From Candidatus Poribacteria bacterium (lineage in GTDB: Bacteria > Poribacteria > WGA-4E > WGA-3G), in assembly GCA_965242965.1 (NCBI GenBank), contig OZ251518.1, positions 5,536,001 through 5,600,000 of the forward strand: a stretch of DNA of 64,000 nt, read 5' to 3'. Below, in pieces: positions 19,108 to 28,576 of this stretch. A program made the position numbers and the translations under genes. Position 1 is the stretch's first letter. The number at the start of each line of letters is the position of its first letter. Below the pieces are notes generated by a model. The model searched no databases, was not told the origin of the DNA, and saw only the letters and a list, made by a program, of their open reading frames with translations.

Positions 19108-20253
19108 TCAACTACCCAGAAATTTGCGGATAGCCGCAACTACCGTGTATGCATCATCTTCCGTTAAACCGGGATGGAGCGGCAGACTGACAACGCGTTC
19201 AAACGCCGCCTCGGCGTGGGGGAAATCCCCCTCGCGATAGCCATACTGCTCCTGATAAAAGCGGAAAAGGTGCAGCGGGATGTAGTGAACACTACACTCG
19301 ATGTTCGCGGCGCGCATCGCATCAATAAACGCATCGCGCTCACGTGAAAGGAGTTGGATGATGTAGAGATGCCACGCGTGCTCCCTCGGATTCTCCGGAG
19401 AAAACGGAGTTTGGATTTCGGGAAACTTCGCCAATTCTGTCTGATAGATTTGCGCGAAATGGTGACGGCGTTCGTGCTGTTTATCGAGTTTCATCAGTTG
19501 ACACAGCCCCATCGCCGCCTGAATGTCAGTCATGTTATATTTGTAGCCTTCGGTGGTGATGTCGTAACGCCAGATGCTGCGGCGTGATTGGCGCGCCCAT
19601 GCGTCTTTATCAATGCCGTGGAGGCGCATCGTGCGGAGCGGTTCGGCGAGCGCGTCGCTGTTCGTCGTTATCATGCCGCCTTCCGCCGTGGTCAAATTTT
19701 TATTTGCGTAGAAACTGAAGGCAGAAACGTCGCCGAGGGAACCGATGTAACGTTCCTTATATTCGGCGGGGATAGCGTGCGCTGCATCGTCGATTAAGAC
19801 GAGATTGTGTTTGCTGCAGAGGGCTTGCAGCGCGTCCATGTCACACGGCAGTCCAGCGATGTGAACCGGTAAAATCGCCTTCGTGCGCGCGGTTATCGCC
19901 GCTTCGATTTTAGCGATGTCCATGTTCAACGTGTGTTTATCCACATCAACGAAAACCGGCTTCGCGCCGACATACCGAATCGCCTCGGCGGTGGCGGTGA
20001 AAGTGTAAGGCGTGGTAATCACCTCATCGCCGCTGCCGATGTTTGTCGCGACGAGGCTGAGATGCAACGCGGCGGTGCAGGAACTGACGGCGATTGCGTG
20101 TTTAACCCCGATGTATTCGGCGAAGGCGCGTTCAAATTCGCGCACCTTAGCACCCGTGCTAATCCATTGAGATGCGAGCACTTCACTGACTGCCGCTATC
20201 TCGGTTTCGTCAATCCACGGCCGGCTGAAGGGTATAAAACGGTTTTTTGACAT
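19108..20253 (-). CDS. DegT/DnrJ/EryC1/StrS aminotransferase
   Basis: SSCTAALHL, DDAAHA, FSFYANKNLTTAEGG. Confidence 0.92.
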   Translation of the reverse strand: MSKNRFIPFSRPWIDETEIAAVSEVLASQWISTGAKVREFERAFAEYIGVKHAIAVSSCTAALHLSLVATNIGSGDEVITTPYTFTATAEAIRYVGAKPVFVDVDKHTLNMDIAKIEAAITARTKAILPVHIAGLPCDMDALQALCSKHNLVLIDDAAHAIPAEYKERYIGSLGDVSAFSFYANKNLTTAEGGMITTNSDALAEPLRTMRLHGIDKDAWARQSRRSIWRYDITTEGYKYNMTDIQAAMGLCQLMKLDKQHERRHHFAQIYQTELAKFPEIQTPFSPENPREHAWHLYIIQLLSRERDAFIDAMRAANIECSVHYIPLHLFRFYQEQYGYREGDFPHAEAAFERVVSLPLHPGLTEDDAYTVVAAIRKFLGS

Positions 20254-20318
20254 TTATGTTTGGCTGGTAAGGGTGGATGTTGTTCATATCCCCCGCGTTT
20301 TTGTCAAGACAGATGTTT

Positions 20319-20774
20319 CTATCTGCCCGATGCCTCCGTTTGCAAATGTTGGATCATCGCTTCCAGCGCGAGGAGGTAGCTGTGCGTGCCGAAACCGCCG
20401 ACTACGCCGAGGGCAACGGCGGAGATATAGGAATGGTGCCGGAATTCTTCGCGCGCGTAAATATTGGAGAGATGGATTTCGATGACAGGCACTGCGACGG
20501 TGGAAATTGCGTCTCGGATAGCGATGCTAGTGTGCGTATACGCCGCCGGGTTGATGAGGATGCCGTCTGTCCAATTGATATGCTCCCCGATGATGGTGAC
20601 GATTTCGCCTTCGTGGTTTGATTGGAAGATTTTCAGCACTACCTCGTGCGGCGAAGCGGCGGCGCGCCTGTCCAGCGCGGCGTTGATGTCTTCAAGCGTT
20701 TGATGCCCATAAATCTCCGGTTGGCGTTTGCCGAGGAGATGCAGATTGGGGCCGTGGATCACGAGAATGTTCAT
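20319..20774 (-). CDS. aroQ: Type II 3-dehydroquinate dehydratase
   Basis: HGPNL.LLG.RQPEIYG, QSNHEG, INPAAYTHTS, EIHLSNIYAREEFRH. Confidence 0.95.
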   Translation of the reverse strand: MNILVIHGPNLHLLGKRQPEIYGHQTLEDINAALDRRAAASPHEVVLKIFQSNHEGEIVTIIGEHINWTDGILINPAAYTHTSIAIRDAISTVAVPVIEIHLSNIYAREEFRHHSYISAVALGVVGGFGTHSYLLALEAMIQHLQTEASGR

Positions 20775-20793
20775 AAGTTCGTATTTCCGATCC

Positions 20794-21372
20794 TTAGAGC
20801 TTTTCAACGAGTTTCGTCAAAAGGTCTTTGATTTCGTCGTATCGTCCACGCAGTTGATGGAATCCGATTTTAAGTTCCTCAAGGATGCCGGCTTGGGTAG
20901 CGATTTCTCGCCGTTGTTCGCCGACTTCTTTCTGGAGTGCCGCGTTTTCCTCATGGAGGGTCGCGTTTTTCTCATGGAGGTCCGCGTTTCCCTCATGGAG
21001 GTCCGCGTTTTCCGCTTGAAGGACGTTGTATCGCCGGTCGGAGGTGCTTTGTAGTTCTCTATACCGGAGGTCTGCTGCCTGTCGATAGGCTTCAAATTCC
21101 TCTGTCTGCGCAGTGTGTGCCGCCTTTAAGGCCTCATGGTCTGCCTTCAGAGCCTCATGGGCTGTCCCCAGGGCCTCATGGTCTGCCTTCAGAGCCTCAT
21201 GGTCTGCCCTCATAGCCTCATGAGCTGCCTTCAGAGCCTCGTAGGCTAATTTTATAGCCTCACGTTCTCCGCTCACGCTTTTGCGGCGACGCAGCCAGGT
21301 TAACAGGGCCAATAGGGCGATGCTAATTATCCCGATATCAACAAGGGTAAAATTCACAAAACTAAATTCCAT
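20794..21372 (-). CDS. Membrane-anchored coiled-coil protein with 21-bp (heptad) repeats
   Basis: N-terminal TM helix, (HEALKAD)n and (ENADLHE)n repeats; AGGAG RBS before ATG 21372. Confidence 0.7.
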   Translation of the reverse strand: MEFSFVNFTLVDIGIISIALLALLTWLRRRKSVSGEREAIKLAYEALKAAHEAMRADHEALKADHEALGTAHEALKADHEALKAAHTAQTEEFEAYRQAADLRYRELQSTSDRRYNVLQAENADLHEGNADLHEKNATLHEENAALQKEVGEQRREIATQAGILEELKIGFHQLRGRYDEIKDLLTKLVEKL

Positions 21373-21484
21373 GTTCTTCTCCTTTCCGAAAAGGAAAGCC
21401 AAATTTGGTGATGCTTTCCTCAACCTTTTCTTAATTATACACTTAATCACATTTCGTTGTCAACTTTTTTCTTAAATAAAAAAA

Positions 21485-21513
21485 TTGACAAACCGCGATT
21501 TTTGTGGTATAAT
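21485..21513 (+). promoter_or_regulatory. Consensus sigma70 promoter upstream of the MCO/Fe-ABC locus
   Basis: TTGACA-N17-TATAAT with TG extended -10. Confidence 0.85.
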
Positions 21514-21531
21514 TGATACTAACATTTATTT

Positions 21532-21928
21532 CAGGGTGTTTCATAACTCCGTTTCGGTAGTTATCCCCCCCTTGGGGAGCGAATCCCGATAGAAAAGCGA
21601 GGGGGAACGCATCGGACTACCTCTGTAGTTCGGGATCGTCCGATCCTGACCTACAGGGGTGAGGCGGTCTGACATCAAGACGCATGGCGAGAGAAACCCG
21701 CTCGCCTGCGCGTGTGGAAACCTATGAGGGCCCTCGCCCTACGGTGCAAAGGTCAGAGGTACCGTAGTGCGGGGGCCTGTCCCCCGCGATCGCAGCATGG
21801 CGAGGGACAGGCCCTCGCCCTACGGTGAAGGTGACCGTTTTTTTCATCGTAGCGCGGGGCCCTCGGATGCCACACGCGCATCCGAGCGGGGTTCCTCCGC
21901 GACGTTGAGCGATTTATGAAACACCCTC
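21532..21928. mobile_element. MITE with AGGGTGTTTCATAA terminal inverted repeats carrying REPs
   Basis: TIRs at both ends; subterminal sequences shared with the inverted copy at 43647-43940. Confidence 0.75.
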
Positions 21929-22014
21929 AATTATACTAACATTTATTCCAAACTCGTTTTTTGGACGAGAGATTATTGCATAACTTTGTGTTTTTGAAAA
22001 TGAGACTCAATATC

Positions 22015-23037
22015 ATGATAACATTAAGAATCGCTGTCGCGCTGTGGCTCTGCATCGGTGCGGCGCATGTGGATGCCGCCACGCGGGAATACTGGCTCGC
22101 CGCGGAGAAGGTTGAATGGAACTACGCGCCTAGCGGACAGAATCTCATCCGACCGGCGATGGGGCTCGGCGTGTGGGGGAAGGCACTCGTCTATCAGAAA
22201 TATCGCTACGTTCAGTATACCGATGCCACCTACACCACGCGGGTTGAGCAGCCGGTGTGGATGGGCATTCTCGGCCCGCAGTTGCGCGCCGTGGAAGGCG
22301 ATAGTATCAAGGTGCATTTCCGCAACAACGCCGATAAACCGCTAAGCATCCACGTCCATGGGTTGCAATACGACGAAGCGAACGAAGGCGCAGATATGAA
22401 GGGCATCGGTGCCGCTGTGCCACCGGGCAGCACCTTCACCTACCACTGGGAAGCGAATAGCGATGCCGCACCAGGTCCCGCTGATGCGTCCTCTATTGTC
22501 TGGCTTTATCACTCGCATGTTGATGCCGTAACAGAGGTATACGATGGCTTAATCGGGACGATCGTCGTCACTAAAAAGGGAATGGAACGCTCTGGGGTAG
22601 ATGCGCGCCCAAAAGATGTTGACAAGGCGTTTACGACGCTCTTCTTTATTTTTAACGAAAACGAAAGAGAGATTGTCAAAAGTGGACAACGCGCCGAATA
22701 TGAATCTCCCGAAGAGGAGGAAGAAGGGAATCTCAAACACGCGATTAACGGGTTCATCTTCGGAAACCTTCGTGGATTGGAAGTTGTACAAGGAGAACGG
22801 GTGCGCTGGCATCTCATCGGTTTAGGCACCGAAGTGGACATGCACACGGCGCATTGGCACGGCCAGACTATCCTCAACGCCGGCAGACGCACCGACGTGG
22901 TGGAACTTCTCCCCGGCACCATGATTACCGTCGATATGATTGCCAAAACGCCGGGAAATTGGCTCTATCACTGCCACGTAGCAGACCACATTACCGCGGG
23001 GATGTCAACGCGCTGGAAAGTCGTGCCGAAACCGTAG
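22015..23037 (+). CDS. Secreted two-domain multicopper oxidase (ceruloplasmin-like N-terminus)
   Basis: Signal peptide; IHVHG, YHSH, HTAHWHG, YHCHVADHITAGM copper ligands. Confidence 0.88.
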   Translation: MITLRIAVALWLCIGAAHVDAATREYWLAAEKVEWNYAPSGQNLIRPAMGLGVWGKALVYQKYRYVQYTDATYTTRVEQPVWMGILGPQLRAVEGDSIKVHFRNNADKPLSIHVHGLQYDEANEGADMKGIGAAVPPGSTFTYHWEANSDAAPGPADASSIVWLYHSHVDAVTEVYDGLIGTIVVTKKGMERSGVDARPKDVDKAFTTLFFIFNENEREIVKSGQRAEYESPEEEEEGNLKHAINGFIFGNLRGLEVVQGERVRWHLIGLGTEVDMHTAHWHGQTILNAGRRTDVVELLPGTMITVDMIAKTPGNWLYHCHVADHITAGMSTRWKVVPKP

Positions 23038-23069
23038 CCGAACTTTTTGGCGATGTCCTTGTCAAAATA

Positions 23070-23340
23070 GGAGAGCCCTCCTGGGCTCGATTTCTTTCGG
23101 TAGGAGAGCCCTCTGTAGTTTGTGATTGCCTGATCACAAACGGGTCAAGATCGGCGATCCTGACTTATAGGGCCTGTCCCCCGCGAGCGTTGGATGACGC
23201 GAGCACTGGCGAGGGACAGGCCCTCGCCCTACGGTGAGGGGGCGGCGTTTTTTCCCGTAGCGCGGGGGCCTGTCCCCCGCGATCGTTGGATTGCGCGGAC
23301 GATGGCGAGGGACAGCCCTCGCCCTACGATGAAGGGGGCT
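23070..23340. repeat. REP cluster (families A, B, C)
   Basis: TAGGAGAGCCCTCC, TGTAGTTTGTGATTGCCTGATCACAAAC, family A palindromes. Confidence 0.85.
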
Positions 23341-23392
23341 TTCTGCCGCCGAAGGCATTGATATATGAAATAAAATAAAAGGAGATACATTC

Positions 23393-24397
23393 ATGTTTAA
23401 ACACGCATTAACCTATGTTTTAACCGCGCTGCTCTTATTTCCTATCATCGGAAATGGAGAGGCAGCAGACGAACTCATCCTCTATTCCGGCCGGAGCAAA
23501 AGCCTCGTTGAACCGATTATCCAGCAGTTTGAGCAGGAAACCGGGGTTACGGTGAAGGTGAGTTACGGCAACACCACGCAACTCGCCGCCGCCCTCATGA
23601 CTGAGGGGGAGAAGAGTCCCGCCGCGCTGTTTTGGGCACAGGATGCCGGCGCGCTCGGTGCTGTCAGCAAAAAAGGACTCTTTGCTAAGTTGCCCGATAC
23701 CGTCCAAGCGAAAGTGCCGGCGAATTTCCGCGATGCCGACGGCTTCTGGGTAGCGACAAGCGGCAGGGCTCGCGTTCTCGCCTATAGCCCGGAACGCATC
23801 ACTACCGAACAACTTCCCGAAAGTGTGTTTGCGTTAACGCAACCGATGTGGGAAGACAAAGTCGGGTGGGCACCGCGCAACGCCTCGTTCCAGGCATTTG
23901 TCACTGCGATGCGGATGCAAGTCGGTGAAGAACGGACAGAAGAATGGCTCCGCGGGATGAAGGCGAACGGCGCGAAAACTTACGCGAAAAACACGCCGAT
24001 TATTGAAGCACTCGCTGCCGGGGAGATCGACCTCGGGCTGCCGAACCACTATTATCTGCTCCGTTTCAAAAAGAGCAATGCCAAGTTCCCGGTCGCGCAA
24101 ACCTTCTTTAAGGCGAATGACCCGGGCAATCTCGTCAACATCGCCGGCATCGGCATGCTAAAAAGTAGCGAAAATCAGGAAACCGCGCTGAAATTCGTGG
24201 CGTTCCTGCTTTCGGCGAAGGCGCAGCAGTTTTTCGTCAGCGAGGTGTTTGAATACCCGGTAACCGAGGGGGTGATCCCGAATGCGAATTTAGTGCCGTT
24301 ATCGGAGCTGCTCAAACTCGTGCCGACGTTCAATCTGAATGAGATGGCAGACCTTGAGGGGACGCTTGCCTTGTTGCGGAAAGTCGGCATTCTATAG
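23393..24397 (+). CDS. Fe(III) ABC transporter substrate-binding protein (FutA/FbpA-like)
   Basis: LYSGR, QDAGALG, SGRARV, NHYY iron-binding tyrosines, EYP. Confidence 0.9.
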   Translation: MFKHALTYVLTALLLFPIIGNGEAADELILYSGRSKSLVEPIIQQFEQETGVTVKVSYGNTTQLAAALMTEGEKSPAALFWAQDAGALGAVSKKGLFAKLPDTVQAKVPANFRDADGFWVATSGRARVLAYSPERITTEQLPESVFALTQPMWEDKVGWAPRNASFQAFVTAMRMQVGEERTEEWLRGMKANGAKTYAKNTPIIEALAAGEIDLGLPNHYYLLRFKKSNAKFPVAQTFFKANDPGNLVNIAGIGMLKSSENQETALKFVAFLLSAKAQQFFVSEVFEYPVTEGVIPNANLVPLSELLKLVPTFNLNEMADLEGTLALLRKVGIL

Positions 24398-24419
24398 TAG
24401 GATAGACGCAAGGATAGGC

Positions 24420-25151
24420 ATCGGAGGCGCGGTTTTCAACCGCGCCCTCTTGGTAGGAGAGACCTCCTGGTCTCGATGCAGTTATTTGCGATGGGCGATC
24501 GCAAACTACATAGCCCCCGCGCTACGGAGGAAAAACGCCACCTCACCGTAGGGCGAGGGCCTGTCCCTCGCCATGCCTCGCGTCATCCAACGCTCGCGGG
24601 GGACAGGCCCCCGCGCTACGGGGAAAAAACGTCTCTTAGGTCCGTAGGACCTTAATGTCTATAGCACGCGCGCCTGCGAAGAAGGCTAAGGTCCTTTAGG
24701 TCCTTAATAGCCTTTGAGATGCCACGTGTTTTTTATTAAGGACCTAAAGGACCTTGCCGTGGGACCGGCACGTTTTTCTATAGACATGTAGGTCCTAAAG
24801 GACCTAAAACGCCCCGCTTGACGATGGAGCTCGCGGGGGACAGGCCCCCGCGCTACGGGGGAAAAACGCCCCCCCCTCACCGTAGGGCGAGGGCCTGTCC
24901 CTCGCCATCGTTCATGCACCAGACCTCCTCTCCTTCTGTAGTTCAGGATCGCCTGATCCTGACCCGTTTGTGATCAGGCGATCACAAACTACAGTGGGGA
25001 GACACACATCGTGACGAGGGCGTTCGCGGGGGCCTGTCCCCCGCGCTACGATGAAAAGATGGAGCTCGCGGGGGACAGGCCCCCGCGCTACGGGAACATC
25101 GAGACCGGGAGGTCTCTCCTACGGGTGTGCATCGAGATATGAAACACCCTG
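24420..25151. repeat. Large composite REP cluster (A, B, C, D) ending in a MITE-type TIR
   Basis: Multiple GTAG palindromes; family D element about 24637-24808; TATGAAACACCCTG at 25138-25151. Confidence 0.85.
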
Positions 25152-25180
25152 ATATAAATCTTGTATAGGTGAGGTAGGAC

Positions 25181-26779
25181 ATCAAACCGCTAAAATGGGT
25201 TGGTTTTCCTGTCGGAATCCACCGATATTTTTTCATTACCGCAATCGTCGTCGGTATTGGCGGACTGATGCCGCTCGGCCATCTGTTCGCTAAAGCCTTC
25301 TCCGCGGAAGCCGAGATGCTTTCCGGCATCGTCTTCCGCTGGAGAAACGCGCAGTTTTTCTGCAATACCTTGCTGCTAGCCATCGGTGTGCTAACACTTG
25401 ATATCTTGCTAGCAACGCCCGCGGCGTGGTTGACGAGCCGGACGCATCTTCGCGGCAGACGTTTTTGGACGGTACTGTGCGTCTTGCCTCTCGCCATTCC
25501 CGGATACGTGATGGCGTATGCACTGCTAGCACTCGGCGGCAACAACGGCATTGTCACGCAACTTTTCCCGTTCCTCGCGCGCTTCCCGCGCCTCAGCGGC
25601 TATTGGGGCGCGCTCCTCGCGCTCAGTGCCTACACGAGCCCCTACCTCTTTCTAAATCTGCGCAGCGCGCTGTTAGGACTTGACCCGAGTTTGGAGGAAT
25701 CCGCGCGCAGCCTCGGCTATCGGTATCGCGAAGTTTTCTTCCACGTTATCCTCCCACAACTTCGTCCCGCCTTTTATGCAAGCGGATTGCTCATCAGTTT
25801 GCATGTCCTCGGCGACTTCGGCGTTGTGTCGCTGATGCGTTATGAAACCTTCAGTTACGCGCTCTACACCGAATACCTGCTATCGTTTGAGCATATTTCC
25901 GCGGCATGGCTTGCGCTGATGCTCCTCGCTTTCACCGCCAGCCTGCTCTATCTTGAAGCGCGCCTGCTCAAACGGATGACACTGCACCGCGCTGGACGTG
26001 GTGCAGCACGCCACCTATCGCTTGTGCCGCTCGGCGGAAGGGGACGCGCCATCGCCTATTTCTTCCTCATCTGCTTAACCTTCGTCACCGTCGCTGTGCC
26101 TGTCGGAAGCGTTCTCTTCTGGATGGTAAAAGGTGGCGGAGAGATAAACGCAGGTCTCGTCAAAGGACTCATCGGTTCGCTGTCCGTTGCAATTCCGACA
26201 GGGGTTTTCTGCGCGTTTCTCGCGGTGCCGTTCGTTTATGTGAGCGTCCGCTATCCATCGCGCGTCTCCGATGCGTTAGGGCGCGCCGCTTACATCGTCT
26301 ATGCGATTCCGCCGCTGGCATTCGCGCTCTCGCTCATCTTTTTCGTCCTGCACAGCGTGCCGTTTATCTATAAGACGTTGCCGGTGCTTATCTACGCGTG
26401 CACCTTACACTTCTTAGCCGAGGCAATCGGACCGGTGCGGAGTTCGCTTTATCAGGCTTCGCCGCATTTAGAAGAAGCCGCTCGCTCACTCGGATATTCG
26501 CCGATGCAGGCGTTTTTCAGAGCCCTCTTCCCGCTTCTCGTCCGCGGCATGCTCACCGCGGCTGCCCTCGTTTTCCTCGCGACGATGAAGGAATTGCCGT
26601 TAACCTTTCTTTTATCACCGGCGGGTTATGAGACACTAGCATTGAATGTCTGGAGTTATACGACGGAGGCGATGTTTGCGGAGGGGGCCCCTTATGCACT
26701 GGCGATTTTGCTCATATCGGGGGTGTTTGTGTCCCTGGTCATTCGTGAGGGAAGGGGAGTGACGGCTACGGAACCGTAG
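25181..26779 (+). CDS. Fe(III) ABC transporter permease (FutB/FbpB-like)
   Basis: Two EAA loops (LEESARSLG, LEEAARSLG), PLAIPGYV; first ATG is 25268 but the frame is open from ATC 25181 behind an RBS. Confidence 0.88.
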   Translation: MKPLKWVGFPVGIHRYFFITAIVVGIGGLMPLGHLFAKAFSAEAEMLSGIVFRWRNAQFFCNTLLLAIGVLTLDILLATPAAWLTSRTHLRGRRFWTVLCVLPLAIPGYVMAYALLALGGNNGIVTQLFPFLARFPRLSGYWGALLALSAYTSPYLFLNLRSALLGLDPSLEESARSLGYRYREVFFHVILPQLRPAFYASGLLISLHVLGDFGVVSLMRYETFSYALYTEYLLSFEHISAAWLALMLLAFTASLLYLEARLLKRMTLHRAGRGAARHLSLVPLGGRGRAIAYFFLICLTFVTVAVPVGSVLFWMVKGGGEINAGLVKGLIGSLSVAIPTGVFCAFLAVPFVYVSVRYPSRVSDALGRAAYIVYAIPPLAFALSLIFFVLHSVPFIYKTLPVLIYACTLHFLAEAIGPVRSSLYQASPHLEEAARSLGYSPMQAFFRALFPLLVRGMLTAAALVFLATMKELPLTFLLSPAGYETLALNVWSYTTEAMFAEGAPYALAILLISGVFVSLVIREGRGVTATEP

Positions 26780-27640
26780 GGCGGGGGCCTGTCCCCCGCC
26801 GTGCCTGTGTTGCGATGAACGTTCGCGAGGGACAGGCCCTCGCGCTACGGTGTCGAAGCAGGTTCCTTTTAACCGTAGGGCGGGGGCCTGTCCCCCGCCG
26901 TGCCTGGTGTTGCGATGAACGTTCGCGAGGGCCTGTCCCTCGCCATGCAGCTGATGAGAGATTTCTACTTGTTGGCTTTAGGTCCGTAGGACCTTAATGT
27001 CTATAGTTCCTCGCGCAGCGAAGCCTCTTAAGGTCTGTAGGACCTTAATGTGCAGCCGCACCGCGGGGCTAGTATCCTATTAAGGACCTAAAGGACCTTG
27101 AAAAGGGGCCGGCACGTGTTTCTATAGACATGCAGGACCTAAAGGACCTGAAGAGCCGTTTTTTGAAAATCGGTTTCGCCGCTGCGAGGGAGAGCATCCT
27201 GCCAATCCTAGAATCTTGTGAATCCTGATTCAGACAACGAGAGGCATCGCGAGGGCCTGTCCCTCGCCAAGCCACTGATGAGAGCTTTCTGCTGGCTGTC
27301 TTTAGGTCCGTAGGACCTTAATGTCTATAGTTCCTCGCGCAGCGAAGCCTCTTAAGGTCTGTAGGACCTTAATGTGCAGCCGCACCGCGGGGCTAGTATC
27401 CTATTAAGGACCTAAAGGACCTTGAAAAGGGGCCGGCACGTGTTTCTATAGACATGCAGGACCTAAAGGACCTGAAGAGCCGTTTTTTTTCAAAATCGGT
27501 TTCGCCGCTGCGCGGGGGAGCATCCTGCCAATCCTAGAATCTTGTGAATCCTGATTCAGACACCTAGAGGCATCGCGAGGGACAGGCCCCTGCCTGTGAT
27601 CGGGCGATCGCGAGGGACAGGCCCGCGCGCTACGGTGAAG
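26775..27640. repeat. REP cluster containing a ~324-bp tandem duplication
   Basis: Near-identical family D + E block starting at about 26977 and 27301. Confidence 0.88.
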
Positions 27641-27694
27641 ACGACGGTTTTTTTGACAAAAAAACGCGCAAATCTGTTAAAATCACATTTTAAT

Positions 27695-27723
27695 TTGACA
27701 AACGCGCGAAAATGTGGTATACT
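27695..27723 (+). promoter_or_regulatory. sigma70-type promoter
   Basis: TTGACA-N17-TATACT with TG extension. Confidence 0.75.
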
Positions 27724-28576
27724 ATATAACAAAGACTTCCATTTTAGTGCGAAAACGAAACAAAGGATGCAAAACGTGAACACGCAACCCGTTTTTCTCA
27801 TTGCAGATACCCACATCTGCCCGAATAACGCCATTGCAGCGACGTGCCAGCCGCCCAGGCTGCGCGCACTGCTCACGTTCGCGCGTCCCGTTGACGAAAC
27901 TGCACTGAAATTGATCAGTTTACCCCCCCCCCTTACGCATACGTTAACCATTGTTACATTCAGTGGGAAGGCGAACTGGGGGAACATCTCTGCCCCGCGC
28001 CTGGGGCAAAACATCCCGGTTCTGAACGCCATCCCGATGAAATATCAACCGCGGTCGCCGCGCGCCGCTCGGCACGCGCACGCGAATCGCCACGCCTCTT
28101 GGAGTCCCAATTCGGACATCCTTCCAAGGGGCTTTTCGCGTTGCACCACCGCTTTTCATCTGTTCTCCTGTGGTAGATGCGCGTTCCAAGCACGCCGCCG
28201 TAGCCAAGGGAATTCGGTATCAGAACCCAACAGCATTGTTCCGAGGAAAATTCTATCCTCATTTTGGGTATTAAGGGGCAGGATAACCGTGGGCGCCCGC
28301 CCACGGTTACCCTGTGATTACCCTGTTTTCTCTCAGAACACTACCCTCTTCCTTCGCGACCCGGGAGAGGCATTCCAACGAACTAGTGAACAAGGCGGCA
28401 GTGCCGCCGCTGTTCTCATAAGCAATTTGAGATATGAAGTTTCCGCCGCCCCCGGGGCAGCGGATCCAAATCTATGAGGCATGACGTAACGACCCCTAGT
28501 CGGCGTGGTTTAAAACCTTGCCGATGGAACATTCTAACGCTTGCGTTAAGTCTCGCCATTTTGAAGGAGATATTTA

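Noticed and set aside
21421-21447. Further ECF promoter candidate (CAACCTTTT)
   Set aside because: No GT(C/T)TAA element at the required spacing
27596-28477. 293-aa ORF upstream of the LTD gene
   Set aside because: Starts inside a REP, runs through a consensus promoter and shows no recognisable motif
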